DNA of 63,554 bases, filler included, from Hausera hauseri (lineage: Eukaryota), in NCBI GenBank assembly GCA_046269625.1. It is 13 parts of 13 records of this genome, joined end to end, with 100 filler letters (N's around TTAATTAATTAA, not from the genome) between each part and the next. Parts side by side here need not be neighbours in the genome. Positions count along the whole stretch, not along the records: positions 1 to 4,593 come from JBJURY010513460.1; positions 4,694 to 8,750 come from JBJURY010789424.1; positions 8,851 to 13,268 come from JBJURY010591778.1; 10 more parts are not named here. One strand, written 5' to 3'. Under the pieces are notes generated by a model. That model worked only from the letters and a program-made list of their open reading frames with translations. It was not told the DNA's origin and did no database searches. Shown here one piece after another: positions 1-12,539 of the stretch. The translations under genes and the position numbers were made by a program. Each line of letters begins with the position of its first letter. Positions within the stretch are counted from its first letter, which is position 1.

Positions 1-672
1 CAAGAAATAGTTTGTTACTCAATGAACTATAATTTGAACTATTGCGTGTCATTTAACGTGAGTCGATAAAATTTGTGGATTATAATTCATTGGCGCATTG
101 TTACGGGACCGGGTTCCGTTTAGCACTGATCTCTTTTCTCTCCCTCTATCCGATCAACCTCAATCCTCCACAATTCGATGCACCCTTCGCGTACCATCAT
201 TTTTATGCGTCAAACATGTTCATACACCCTTTCCCTGTAAAATCCACATTTTTCTCATCCATCTCCAGCCTCCTGGGTGATTCGTACTGATCCTTAGTAG
301 TCATTTTGGAAATTTTCGTACGAAAATTTACCAAAGCCACTTGTTAAAATTTTCATATGTACATCCATTCCGTGTATAGGGGCCGGGGAGGCGCGTGGGG
401 GGGGTGTTACCCATAAGCGGTATTTCTACACCATTGTCATGATTCTGTTAAGTATGACGAAATTATAATCCAGTAAACGAACTATCGAATTTCCAATTAA
501 ATGGAACGGAATAAAATAAATGTAACAGAATTGAATTATTTTCAAACCTAACAGTTAAACAAGATATCGCGAACAAATTAAATTTCGTTGAGAAACAAGA
601 AATAGTTTGTTACTCAATGAACTATAATTTGAACTATTGCGTGTCATTTAACGTGAGTCGATAAAATTTGTG
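1..672 (+). repeat. 77-bp perfect direct repeat (1-77 and 596-672), period 595 bp
   Basis: caagaaatagtttgttactcaatgaac...gtcgataaaatttgtg is identical at both positions. Confidence 0.95.
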
Positions 673-938
673 TGTCCTAAAGCGTTGTCTTGCCTACGGT
701 ATAGTAGTAGAATGTCTGTAATAACAACGAATGAGATGTGCTTCAATCAATCTTAAATAACTTGTATGTTGTATGTAGTATGTACATTTTCTTTTGTCTT
801 ATATTTAATTGACTCGTTGAATTCTGTGTGTTGTTGTTGTTGTTATTACTTTTCACAATGCACATTGTTAGTGCCTTAGACAGTAAATCTACAATTTATG
901 ATTTGTGATCGTTTTCTTTCACATCTTTTTCTCAACCG

Positions 939-1403
939 ATGGATCCATCGAGTATAGAAAGTAGCGGACTTATTATTGCCACAATAATCATTTTCATTAT
1001 TCTCGTTGGACTCATCATCATTCTCATTGTCTGTCACCGAACAAGAGCGAGTCCATGCTTTCGACCAGTTCAAAATGAACAGATTCCAGATCCAGTTTCG
1101 ATGCCACCAGAAATTCTTGCGCAAGGCTTTGCGAATATCGACATACGGAATTTACGTACGTACGACAGTATAATCAAAGATAAAAATACGTTACCACCAG
1201 ATTATGATATGATTTATTCGTCAACTTGTCTACCGGAGATTTACGATTCGATTCCGTTGCCAACAAATCCAATAACTGATGGCGAATCATGTACGGTGAT
1301 TAATAATCATAACGACAATACAATTGAATGTCAATCAACGAATACTCAAAATGGTGTTGACAATGAAGGTTATTGTGATGTTGAAAGCCACGACAAAGTA
1401 TGA
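939..1403 (+). CDS. Small single-pass membrane protein with cytoplasmic PPxY motif (unknown family, possibly one exon of a larger gene)
   Basis: Hydrophobic run LIIATIIIFIILVGLIIILIV followed by basic HRTR; LPPDY motif; acidic tail; open 154 codons. Confidence 0.55.
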   Translation: MDPSSIESSGLIIATIIIFIILVGLIIILIVCHRTRASPCFRPVQNEQIPDPVSMPPEILAQGFANIDIRNLRTYDSIIKDKNTLPPDYDMIYSSTCLPEIYDSIPLPTNPITDGESCTVINNHNDNTIECQSTNTQNGVDNEGYCDVESHDKV

Positions 1404-1629
1404 ATAATTTCAATACGATATTTTACACATCAACACAATCTTTTTTCTGACGTATACCACTTGTGTAGAGTTTCAATAAAGAGATTTTTATGTGGAGAAT
1501 TTATTTCTGTGTAAGACGTTTTAATTATCGTCATGAAACGCGTGTTGTTAAAATTTCTCTCCCAAATAATTACATAATATCCTCAATAATCATGAATTTA
1601 AATGTAACAACTCGTGAATGGGGATATAT

Positions 1630-1760
1630 GGCAACCATGCAAATGGCACAGTTGCTCAAACCACCAGATCGTTTCGAAATTGGCGGCGATATCGAGGTGG
1701 AAAGGTTTTTCGATTTAACCGGAGGTTCGAAAATACGAAAAAGATTGCTCACTCAGAAGA
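1630..1760 (+). mobile_element. Possible short gag N-terminal remnant of an LTR element
   Basis: MAQLLKPPDRFEIGGDIEVERFFDL resembles the P-x-x-F...ERFF start of Gypsy Gag proteins; short. Confidence 0.3.
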
Positions 1761-1775
1761 TTGTTATCCACGAAA

Positions 1776-2285
1776 TCAAGGGCGACCATCGGCGAGGGCA
1801 CTACAGTTATGGTCTAAGAGTCTTTTAAATTGGTCAGTATTTTGAATTATCTCCTCTGTTTTAGCTCGGTTTGTGCCATTTTGTTGAGGAATTCTTATCA
1901 AAAAAGCAGTAGTGATATAGGCTTGGGCTCCAAACCGATTATAGTAAAATATTTGAAACCTGTATCGGTGGGTTTATCCGAAGTCCAAATCGAAACATTT
2001 CCTATAAATTCCATACGAAAATTCGGATGTTCTCATCATGGATCTAGTTACAAATATTATTTGAAATTTCACATGGCTCTGAATGGGTTCACTTGCTTCG
2101 AACCACGCACATGGTTTGCTCCAATCCATATCGTGCACTCTAAGTGATCGCATGTTTTGGATATTCCTTTGCCTTGTTGCATATTGTAATTTTTCGGTTT
2201 GAGTTATCGATTTCACCTTGGGTACATACAAAGCGATTAACGATAAGGCCAGGACTATTTGCACATATGATATTGGTCTGGTCAC
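1776..2285 (-). pseudogene. env-like/secreted third ORF downstream of Gypsy integrase (one in-frame stop)
   Basis: Signal-peptide-like ISYVQIVLALSLIALYVPKVKS; the frame continues past TAA at 1974-1976 to TGA at 1776 with NGT and NCS sequons; lies directly 3' of integrase. Confidence 0.4.
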
Positions 2286-2339
2286 TATCGACGACGTTTT
2301 CTTTCCTTATTGGTTTTGCTCGAACGCAAGTTACAGCAT

Positions 2340-4593
2340 TTGTTTGGTCTTATTTCCGTTTTAACTACTCTGAATCGATATGACCTCCTCTTTGCCGTTT
2401 TTATTTATATAAACCGTGGTCGGCGTAGCCTTGGTAACTGTATAAGGTCCTCTGCCTGTCCTGGTAAGATTAAGAGATGTGCCTTTCTTTGCTACTGGAT
2501 AGTGTACGTAGACCCAGTTTCCGGGTTCTAGATCGTGCGGTTTAACCTTCTTATCGTACTGCTTCTTAAATTGCTCCTGATATTCTTTAGATAATTCCTT
2601 GGCTATTTCCCAACACTTGCATAGTCTTGACTGTAATATCTCGGAAAAATTCTGTTCTAAATCTTCCGTTATTTTTGTGTAGGGAATCAACCATATATCT
2701 GTAGGTAGTACAGTTTCTCTGCCGTACATCATGAAAAACGGAGTGAATCCTGTTGCAGGATGTGGAGTAGTATTAATGGAAAACTGTGTACCTTCTAAAA
2801 ACTCATCCTAATCTTTCTGGTCTTTTGCGATTACTGTCGATAAGATTCGTATAACCGTCGCGTTCATCCGTTCGACCATTCCATTGCATTGAGGATGATA
2901 ATCTGTAGTAGTTAGTCGTTCGATTTCGAAAATTTTGGTAATTTTATCGAACAATTCGTTAGTAAAGTGTCTTCCTCGATCTGTCAAAATATGTTCAAGT
3001 GGTCCGTATCTGCAAATAATCTTCCGGACCACTACTTCTGCCAATGTCTCGGCCTTTTGGTCTACTAACTCTACAAGCTCGACGAAATGAGTCAGTTGGT
3101 CTACACAGGTCAAAATGTATTTATTGTTCTTGTGAGTCGTAGGTAATGGTCATACAATATCCATGGACATTGCTTGCATTGGTCTATCGGGCACGTTGAT
3201 AGGTTTAAGCTCCGCTATGTAGTTTTTCGTTTTTCTTTGTTTGGTTGAGCATACTTCACACGTATTCACCCAATTTCTCACGTCGATGTATATGCTCGGC
3301 CAATAATATTCATTTGGTATTCTTTTCAATGTCTTTTTCCATGATATGTGTCCGGCCAGATATGAATCGTGCTCGGCCATGAGCACTTCCGCTCGTAATC
3401 TTTTCGATATGACGACTAATTTTCGGCCTTTCCTTTCGTAGTACAATACATTTTCATTATCCACATTTCAAGCGACGCAATATTTGTAACCATATCGTCG
3501 TAGGTGTTTCCGTAGCTGCTGATCCTTTGGTGTTTTGTTGGTATCGACGAACTCAATAATTTGTTGTATAACTCTGTCTTTTCTTTGTTCGACTAAAATT
3601 TTTAATGCCCTATCCAGTGTGAGAGTCCGTTGCCTCTCTACTAAGTCTTCGAGGTGGGCTTTCCTCATTACCGTAACTGCGCTTGTCTTAGTTTTAAGTC
3701 TTGATAATGCATCGGCATTGACATGTTTATTTCCAGGTTTGTACTGGAATTCGATATTATATCGTGAGATTTCCTCTATCCATCTGTTAAGTCTACAGGT
3801 TGGGTTATTTGCCATACCCTTTAAGGTTGTAACTGCTTTATGATCGGTAACGATTACAATCTTTTGTCCATAGACGTATACGTTAAAATGTCGCAGGGCT
3901 TCCTTCACCGCTAGCGTTTCGAGTTCCGTAACGGAATAGTTTTTCTCTGCTTTCTTCAAGGAGCGTCCTCCATATGCAATCGGGAGCTCCAACTCTTCAT
4001 CTTCTCGTTTTTGGGCCAGTTCATATCCGATACCTTCCTTACTAGCGTCGGTTTTGATTATAAACGGCAGGTTAAAATCGGGATATTTTAGAACAGGTTC
4101 GCTAGTTAGAATTTTCTTCATTTGATCAAAGGCCTTTTGTTCGACATCGGTCCATTTCCATTTGATTCCTGCATTTATTTTAGCGTTTTCTGGCACATAA
4201 GTAGCATAATATCCGCACAATCCCAACCAATGTCTTAGTTCTTTCTGATTTTTGGGTTCCATGCAGTCCGATATTTTGCTCAATAATAACTTATCCGGTT
4301 TTGATTCTCCTTCTCCTACTATATGTCCGAGATATGACACAGCATTCTGAGCCCATTTGCACTTCTTGGGATTCAGTTTCAGTCCAGCCTGCTCTAACCT
4401 CATGAGCGTATCCTTAATATGCTTTAAATGATCCTCTTCTGTTTTCGACGCGATAATGACGTCATCCAAATAGGCAAACGCGTGTTCCAGTCCCAATAAC
4501 ATCTTGTTCATGTTAAGGGTAAAGATGGCTGGTCCAGTGGTGATTCCAAATGGCATAACATTGAATTCGTATATACCATCGTGTGTCTTAAAC
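2340..4593 (-). mobile_element. pol: Ty3/Gypsy pol (RT-RNase H-integrase), disrupted, truncated by contig end
   Basis: MPFG...YLDD RT; TDAS/ELE/TDH/NADALSR RNase H; H..H/CEVC zinc domain, MDIV, TDRG, VERMN integrase core, GPY motif; in-frame stops at 3468, 3150, 2808. Confidence 0.97.
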
Positions 4594-4693
4594 NNNNNNN
4601 NNNNNNNNNNNNNNNNNNNNNNNNNNNNNNNNNNNNNTTAATTAATTAANNNNNNNNNNNNNNNNNNNNNNNNNNNNNNNNNNNNNNNNNNNN
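4594..4693. other. Artificial contig spacer N44-TTAATTAATTAA-N44; same spacer at 8751-8850, 13269-13368, 19057-19156, 24058-24157, 31053-31152, 35393-35492, 40960-41059, 45616-45715, 50142-50241, 54796-54895, 59073-59172
   Basis: Identical 100-nt blocks containing a six-frame stop cassette. Confidence 0.99.
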
Positions 4694-4698
4694 TCCAA

Positions 4699-6518
4699 AT
4701 GGAAATTCAATGCGAATGCGGCTGTAAAAAAACAGAAATGTACAAAGAACGTGCAGAACGGGTTTGTTGCGATTGTGGAAAAGTTTTAGCTGTTTTCGAT
4801 CTGGAAATGACGGTGGAATTCCATGAAAGCAGCAGTGGCAGAGTCTATCGTGTAGGAAATGAAGTTGCCGACAAAAATTGTGTTGCGTACTTGCAGACTG
4901 TCGACAAAGGTGAGAAATTCAGTCGTTTGTTCAATAATTTAATAATTATAGCCGACAAACGAATCAGGAACATCTGTAGCAATTTGGCACTGACGGATGA
5001 CATAAGTACGTTGGCTACGGCAATATACCGCAGTGCATTGCTGACGGGAATGACCCGTGGACGACGGAGTGACATAATGGCTGCTGCTTGTATTTATTTG
5101 GCAAGTCGGCTGAAACGGCAGGCATTGATGATGTTAGACGTGAGTGACAGCATCTGCGTCAGCGTGTTTACGGTTGGTCGAGTGTACAATGAATTGAAAT
5201 TACGCACGGGACAATATGTAATTGATGTTGGTGAGGTTTTGTTGGATCAGATATTTTCTCTGACGATTTTATGCAGATCCTTGCGAATTCATCGAGAGAT
5301 TTGCCAGCCGAATGGAACTCGGTGACAAAATGTTGCCGGTCAGCAAACTGGCACTCAGATTTCTCCAGCGAATGAAAAAGGATTGGATATGTACTGGTCG
5401 TCGACCCAACGGACTGACAGCAGCCGCACTGCTCATTGCGGCTCGTGTTCATCGATTCGATCGATCATACGTCGATGTCAGCCACGTCGGTGAGTGTTTC
5501 TTGTCCATCGGACATTTGTTGGAATGACTGACACAGTGTAGCAAACATCCATCCGTCGACAGTCAAAAAACGAATTCAGGAATGGGCTAACACGGCCGCA
5601 TCGAATCTGAGCTTGTCTGATTTTCTCATGATTGATTTCCCGGAGGAATGCGATCCACCGGCATTCAAAGATGAGGCGGATCTCGCGATGGTCGAGAAGA
5701 AGAATTTGTCTGGCGTTGAATTCCAGCGAATCTGTAAGGACATAGAGAAAATGGAGCCGTTCGTGAAGACAGAAGATGGTGATAGCGCTAGTGACGATGA
5801 TGCGGATGGATATAAGACGGAGAATGTGATCAGTGCCGTAGAGGCACAGACGTACAAGTCATTGGTCGCTGCAATTGACAACGATATAATCGATATGGAA
5901 CAATTATTGATGGATGCTGATGGGGTTGACAATTCGTCGGATGTTGATGATGAATTGGCTGACAGATGTGCATTGTTACGGTCTGCCATTGATGGGCCAT
6001 CAGAATTGCCGTTAGTTGTTACAAATAAGATTATATCTGAACAGACATGGCCTGATGAAGATGTCGATGCGCCAGCAGGGGATATTGATGAGGATGAATT
6101 AATGCGGGATTATGTTTTGCCTCGGGAAGTGGCATTGAATCGTGCACGATGGTTTCTCGCACAGCCCGATAATCGGACGTTCTATCGGCGGCAGAGACTG
6201 GTTGCTGAACGGAAGGCAGAAGAAGCGGCGCAGGGTTCAAAGGCGACAAAACGATCATCGTCGAAAGTACAACGAAAGAATAAACGGCTGGAACGAATGT
6301 GGGCCGATACGAAGGCGGTGTTGGATGACATGAAACAATGGCCGATAAATGGTGTTAAGCAGCAGGAAGTGACTGAGCCGCTGCAGAAAGCGATCAAATT
6401 GTCGGAAGGTGAATCGGTTGCGAATGACAACGACGTGGAAGGGGATAATGAGCAAGGGGATGGTGAATGTAGTAGTTATGAGGAGTCAGTGAGATTGAAT
6501 GAAGCTGATAGTGATTGA
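4699..6518 (+). CDS. BRF1: TFIIIB subunit BRF1; exons 4699-5230, 5277-5489, 5542-6518
   Basis: Zn ribbon CECGC...CCDCG; cyclin repeats TRGRR..AACIYLA and RMKKDWICTGRRPNGLTAAALLIAAR; EECDPPAF. GT-AG introns of 46 nt (5231-5276) and 52 nt (5490-5541) restore VDPCEFIERFA and VANIHPSTVKKRI. Confidence 0.93.
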
Positions 6519-6957
6519 TGGGGCGAATTGGGTTTTGCGTTTTTTGGTTTATTATTCCCCGTTAGGATGGAATTGCGTAGTCGCGTTTCTTTTTTATAAT
6601 GATGTTTCTATTCTAATGGCTGCGTGGGCTTTTTATTAGATGGCTTATTGATTTTGCTGTTTCCTACTCTCCATTTTCCTCGCCACTCGCATATGTGATA
6701 AATATTCGAACAGTTTTGTTGAGTCATATTTCCAATCATGAAAATTTGAAGAATGGAGAGACAATAAAAATTTCACGGATTCATTATTTTAAAGTACTAT
6801 ATGATATAAAGTAATAGGATTGCATACATTAGAATAATAAATGTCATTTAAATGGTTATTTTGTGAAAAATATTTATGATGTTGGTATTTTAGTGATGTA
6901 TTTGTCTTGTGTAACCTTTGACGTGATTTGATACAATATAAAATGAAGTATAAAATT

Positions 6958-7620
6958 ATGCGTGGTGGGCCTATTAAGTGTTTAGACTCGACAAAGACTA
7001 ATTATAACAAAACCGATGTTGCAGGTGATTGCTGCTTTCGTTTGGACAAAAATGTCTCTATTTCAATATTTCGTCATGAAATGTCAGATAAAGTTGAGTT
7101 TCGAATAGTCAAAGTTTTTGAAGAAATTAGTTAGCCAAGAAATTATTGCACAACTGCAGTTGCCATGGTAAAGTAACCATTTACAACTGAATTCGAGATT
7201 TTAAAAGTGGTACCTTTGATTTGGAAAAGTCTGGAAGTTGTGTTTACGAGTGACATGCAAAAACGTCGATTTGAGTATTGTCAGAAAAATTTGGAAAAAC
7301 TTGGTGATGCACTTCTAAAACACGATTTAGCTGCATCAGACATCAAAATCAACTGATCATTATGTGCATCTGGTGAAGAAAGTGGTAGAAAAGAATGAAT
7401 TATGGCGATTGCATGACAATGCTTCAATCCACATATCCCACCTGACAACAGCAACAATTGATTCGTGTGGATCACCCCCCATACAGTCCTCACCTAGCAT
7501 GTAGTGATTTTCACCTCTTATGACAATTGAAGAAGGATTTGTGAGGAAAATTTGTCGATTGTGTTAGTGATCTGCGCATCACGTAGTATTGATCAAAAGT
7601 TTGTAATCAATTACAAATAA
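6958..7620 (+). mobile_element. Decayed mariner (DD34D) transposon
   Basis: MSDKVEFRIV...RDFKSGTFDLE N-terminal HTH; LHDNASIH and HPPYSPHLACSDFHL motifs; many stops and deletions. Confidence 0.8.
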
Positions 7621-7789
7621 TATTCTTCAAGTAAAATAATAGCTAAATGAGTACGTGATTTCTAAAATGTTTTTTTATGAAAGTAAAGTATTGTGTGTTG
7701 ACTTACATTTAATATTTAACTTTCGATTTAATGCTGTGATACAAATAACTAATTTTCCGAAATGAAATACATAGAAATACGCGTTACAC

Positions 7790-8110
7790 CTTAGTATTTC
7801 CGATGACAAATATTTCAGATCATTACTGTCTTCATGAGATTAGGAATCGATTCATAAATTCTAAATATATGTGGCTTTATAGAAATTGAGTACCGTTCAA
7901 ATTCAGCATCATTCTACAATTGTTCACCATTGGAGGTATTTATTTCTCTAGGAGATATTTTTAATTTGGTCCACATTTTCGATTATGTTGATGTCAGGGA
8001 AGATGCAGACCAATCTGAAAGTACCACAACTCCTTTACTGTCTATGTAACTTTTAGTCGAAACAGATTTATGACATGGTGCACCATCTTGCATGAATGTT
8101 ATTTGTATCA
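7790..8110 (-). mobile_element. Decayed Tc1 (DD34E) transposase C-terminal fragment
   Basis: FMQDGAPCHKS...SDWSAS / PDINIIE / MW, then YESIPNLMK; frameshifted. Confidence 0.8.
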
Positions 8111-8187
8111 TAAGGTGGGCTTGATACATGGGCCTGATACAAAGTATTATTTTTCATCTGCAGACACTTAGCTATAAAGAGTGAATC

Positions 8188-8420
8188 AAACCTAATTTTC
8201 ATAGCAGAACGATATACACGGAGAACTGGGTCAGCATCCATATGGTCAAGACATCTTTAGAATTCAGTAAGCCAATATATGTGGGTATGTCCATACTAGA
8301 CCTATCAAAGACCCTGATGTATCATCGCCACTATGACATCACGGTCCCTACATTGAAGACTGCAGATCATGTATATGGATGCTGATAGCTTTATATATCA
8401 TATACATACAGAGGATGTGA
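8188..8420 (+). mobile_element. Maverick/Polinton-type protein-primed DNA polymerase B, C-terminal fragment
   Basis: KPNFHSRTIY...KPIYVGMSILDLSKTLMYHRHYD, then in a shifted frame IMYMDADSFIYHIHTEDV (YxDTDS motif C). Confidence 0.85.
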
Positions 8421-9299
8421 ATTTCGTTTTTATTTCGAGTATATCCCAAAGTACCTGAATCTTCGAAATTCATGGTTTGAAAATTAATAGAACTGCGGTT
8501 TTACGAAAAATCATATTTAAAGTGCCATAACTTTTATCTCATTTGAAATTTTACAATCATCGAAAATACGAATATTTAAACAACACATTTTTCAAAAAAA
8601 TGTTTACAGTTATTTTTTGGGTTGGCCAATATGGGCACTACATCACCCCTCTGACAAAGTTAGGTTGCTTGGGGCACCCATCGGGGGTCATCCGGGATCC
8701 ATCGTGCCAGTGGTATTTTATCGCCGAGTATTTCGTGTTTTGTATCGATCNNNNNNNNNNNNNNNNNNNNNNNNNNNNNNNNNNNNNNNNNNNNTTAATT
8801 AATTAANNNNNNNNNNNNNNNNNNNNNNNNNNNNNNNNNNNNNNNNNNNNGAACTAGTGCGTACTTTGATCGTGATATTTAACGAACTTCGTTTTGTTCA
8901 TTTTGCTTGCTTCTTTTCTGAATTTAATCTATGCATGTATCGAAGTTCTTAAATTTCTCTCTGACTTATAAAACTTAGTTTCATATAACTGATTCATTTC
9001 GACAAATTACTTCATGGCTGTAATTTCTGACATTGAATTGTCATCATTATGGTAATATGTAATGCAGGAAAAATAATAAAAATTTCCTGACATTTTGGGG
9101 CGTTCAGATTGACCCCATGATAAACGATCTTTCACGCCCCGAGATTTTATCGTCATATCTGTTGGGGGATTTATTTCTCGGCATAACAACAATTTGAAAC
9201 GTAGTAAACGATAAAAAAAACGAAAAGTAAAATTGTTAACAATGGAATATATGAATCAATTAATCAATTATGTAATGTCTTTGGAACTCAACTTGAGTA

Positions 9300-10213
9300 A
9301 TATTCAAACAAAAGTTTTTAAACCATATATTTCATTTTACATTAAGGTCGGATGACAAAATTCGGTGTGACAAAATTCGCACATACTCACTATCCGTTTG
9401 ATTTTAGAAAATGGTGGACTTATCATAAATATAATGATCATCTGACACCCATCGTTAAATTGGACATTAAGTTCACCGTTCGTCGTTTTGGTTGACTAAC
9501 AGATATCTAGAATAAAAACCGACATGGAGAATCCGACATATTGGTGTGACAATAAACAATGTCTGATTGTACTTGATTGGTAATATTTAATAATACTGGT
9601 ACGGATTTTGATGAAGATTTAATTCTCAACAAAACCGGTTCATAGGACTTAAAAAAAATTTTTTTCTGCTTATGATCGACGGATATGTACAGTTGACGAT
9701 TATATCACATGACATTTTGCTGAAATCATACATTACGTTCAAGCAGAATGCTCGACATTTGTGAAATATACCAACGCATTTTGTAAGATCTCAGGCATCA
9801 CTGGAGTAATGATGGACTGACCTATATTTATCATAATTCCGTCTGAAATGAAACATTGAGTTGTACGTGATTCTCCATATTAGTGGATTTTTGTAGTGTT
9901 TGATTTGGAAAATTTATGACAACCGAGTATTCGTCATTAAAAGATAGTTCGAAATCTGGATTAGGGTCGTTTTCCATCCACATACACTTTCCTAATGTAA
10001 TATACATGGTTAGCTTTGCAGTTTTCTTTCTTATGAGTTCGACAGATCTTTTGGCCATTTCGTATTTTTAACATATTTATCCGCAATATCCGTCAATGTA
10101 TATCTTTTGACTTTATATTGTTCCTTAAAAATACGTGGACTGTTCGAGTCTGACTGGAAGTCGCACTGAGGAAAATACACCCAAATCCTCCCTCCTGTCG
10201 AATCTACATACAT
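9300..10213 (-). pseudogene. PLK4: Polo-like kinase 4 C-terminal region (cryptic polo boxes PB1/PB2 and PB3), frameshifted
   Basis: RYTLTDIADKYVK-YEMAKRSVELIRKKTAKLT..GKCMWMENDPNPDFELSFND matches PLK4 [61 protein letters not shown] matches FPIIIGRK (~9665); GELNVQFNDGCQMII matches PB3 GAVWVQFNDGSQLVV (~9440-9480). Confidence 0.85.
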
Positions 10214-12539
10214 TCACATTGCTTAAAAGACTCGATAAATGGATGTTAAAAATCTGAATGTCATTTTCGTTGAAATTGCTTTTGTAATAGAAACATGTTA
10301 TAATGTCGACATAAACTAAAATTACAATAAGAAATGATGAACAATATAGGCGGAGAACAATTTTCTTGGACGACCGTGAAGAAACCTAAAGGCGACGGAT
10401 CAAGCGCAAAATTCGCCGGTCCAACGACATCGAATAATTGGCCGGCTGCAGAGAGTGGTGGTGACGCCTGAAACTGCAGCACCACAGTGGCCATGACACC
10501 TATCATTTTATGAACAAAATTTCTAATTCCAAAAAACATAATTAATTAATTTTTACACAACTGTCATGCACAATCTGCACAAACAAAGTACAAAATCCAG
10601 TGAAACAAATCGTCAAAATAAAGGACAGACCTGTTAGAGTCTGCAAGACTGGGGCGAAGGTTCACTTTTCGAACACTCATTCTCTAGATGTGCAAAACTG
10701 GTGCGGGGGACACACCCTGAGGCCTTTGCCACCAATAGTTGTTTTAATTTTAAAGATCTATTTATTTGGGTTGATACAGTACTACAAGGGCATTGTGTTG
10801 ACCTGAAAAGTGAACAAAGATGTTTTACAGGCTTGTAGGAACTCGACTTCTTACTCCTAACAACACACTTTTAACCACTGTAACCCAACTGAGATGATAC
10901 CACTCTATTTGAAAAAAGCATGTATGCAGTATGTCCAAAACCACAACACACTGTCCAAAAAGGCATGATCAATAAATACAAATACAATTTTTGGTATTAA
11001 AAAAATCAATTGATTTCGACAGTTTTATTAAAAGTAAATTTTCTGTGGAATGTAAGCAAGAACATTTTTCTAAATTCCAAAGCAATTTTACTGCCTCATT
11101 ATTTTTTGGCTTTATGTCTACGCGTTTCAAATATTAATTTTCTTTCAAATACATCGTGTTTAAAAATTTTTTTTGAGAATACTAGCTTGATGACCAGTTT
11201 GGTAGAAAGTGTTCGGAAATTTTCAGTATCCGCGAATTAGCGTTTGACAATTAAATTTGAATTTAATAGTTGCAGTCGGCTACGATTTGTTGAAATGGAA
11301 TCGTTTATGCAACATTACAAATGTACTTTATGAATCATACTTGTAGATTTAAATATTATATTTTCCTGCAGGTATTAATTCTCTGCCACCATGTATAAAG
11401 TGATTACAAAATTTCAAATTTAAATTGGTAATTTTATTTTTTAAACTATATAGTAATGAAATTTAGATTTCGATTAATACGGTTTATCCTTAAACGATAT
11501 TAGTATGTTTTACTATTTTCGTGGAAAAAGTACTAAAATAAATATTAGACCCTTATTCGGTGTGCCATTGGTTGAATATGATATGTATCATGCAATTGTC
11601 AGACAAAACATTTTGAAAAACGCTTAAAAATTATTAAAGTAGCATTTCACAAGTGAATGAAATACAATTGGACAATTTAATTATTAATTATTATCAGAAA
11701 GACTACTAAAAGGGTGACTATTTTTAGTAACATTGCACAAAATTTTGCAATTAACAGCGATAGAATATTGCTGTACTATATTCTATAATTAGTTTATTAA
11801 TTACCAATAACTAAATATTAAAATAATACTCTTAAATACGTCGCAAATCAATTTTACTAAAATTGAGTTTTAATTGAATATTGTGTAAATATTTGGAATG
11901 TTAGTGGAGACATTCTGGTCTTGTATTTTATGGGCGGATAGTAGATAATGGCAGTGGATAAATGTTTATGGAGAAAAAAATCAAAATTGACCAATAAATT
12001 TTGGTTATCCTTATTGAACATTGAACACAAAAGGACTGGGCTCTTGGTGTATAATTCTTTAGTAAGGTAACATTTTATTTTTCATTCATTTGGAAACTTG
12101 TAGTAAATATAACACCAGATTATTTAATTTACCACAATTGTGTGTATTCTTCATGTTTGACTGGGGAATATAAAACAGAAGTGCCGATATTTTGCGGAAT
12201 TAATTTTTTCGTTTTCTGTGTAATTTTCCAAATTCAGCTTGTTGAAAATGTTTGGATGGAATGTCCGTACTAATCGATTTAGGCCGCCTGGGAATAAAAG
12301 TAGAACTCTTCGCGTGCTCGATACATTTTTTGTGTCGAAAGGTGACAACAAAATGAGACCACGAAGGGGTTGTGCATAATGCTACTTTCGTATGGGGTCA
12401 GCGATTGTTGTTGCTAACTGTGTCAAATCGAAAATTGTGGGGTTTATCGCCAAGCTTCTAGTGAGTCGCATGGTTGTGTGTGGCGTGCTCGTCGCTTATT
12501 AAAGGCGGTGTGAGCGAATGTCGATTCGACACTGTGGGT

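Noticed and set aside
1880-1975. Rhabdovirus-G-like GFKYFT...PIS stretch in an alternative minus frame
   Set aside because: Short, in a different frame from the longer open frame, and interrupted by stops; probably chance
4638-4649. TTAATTAATTAA as a biological repeat or piggyBac TTAA site
   Set aside because: Always centred in identical N blocks; artificial linker
11950-12065. Ulp1/SENP protease remnant that might process the Ubl
   Set aside because: Only a vague W-A-L-G-V resemblance, stops present, no catalytic His or Cys
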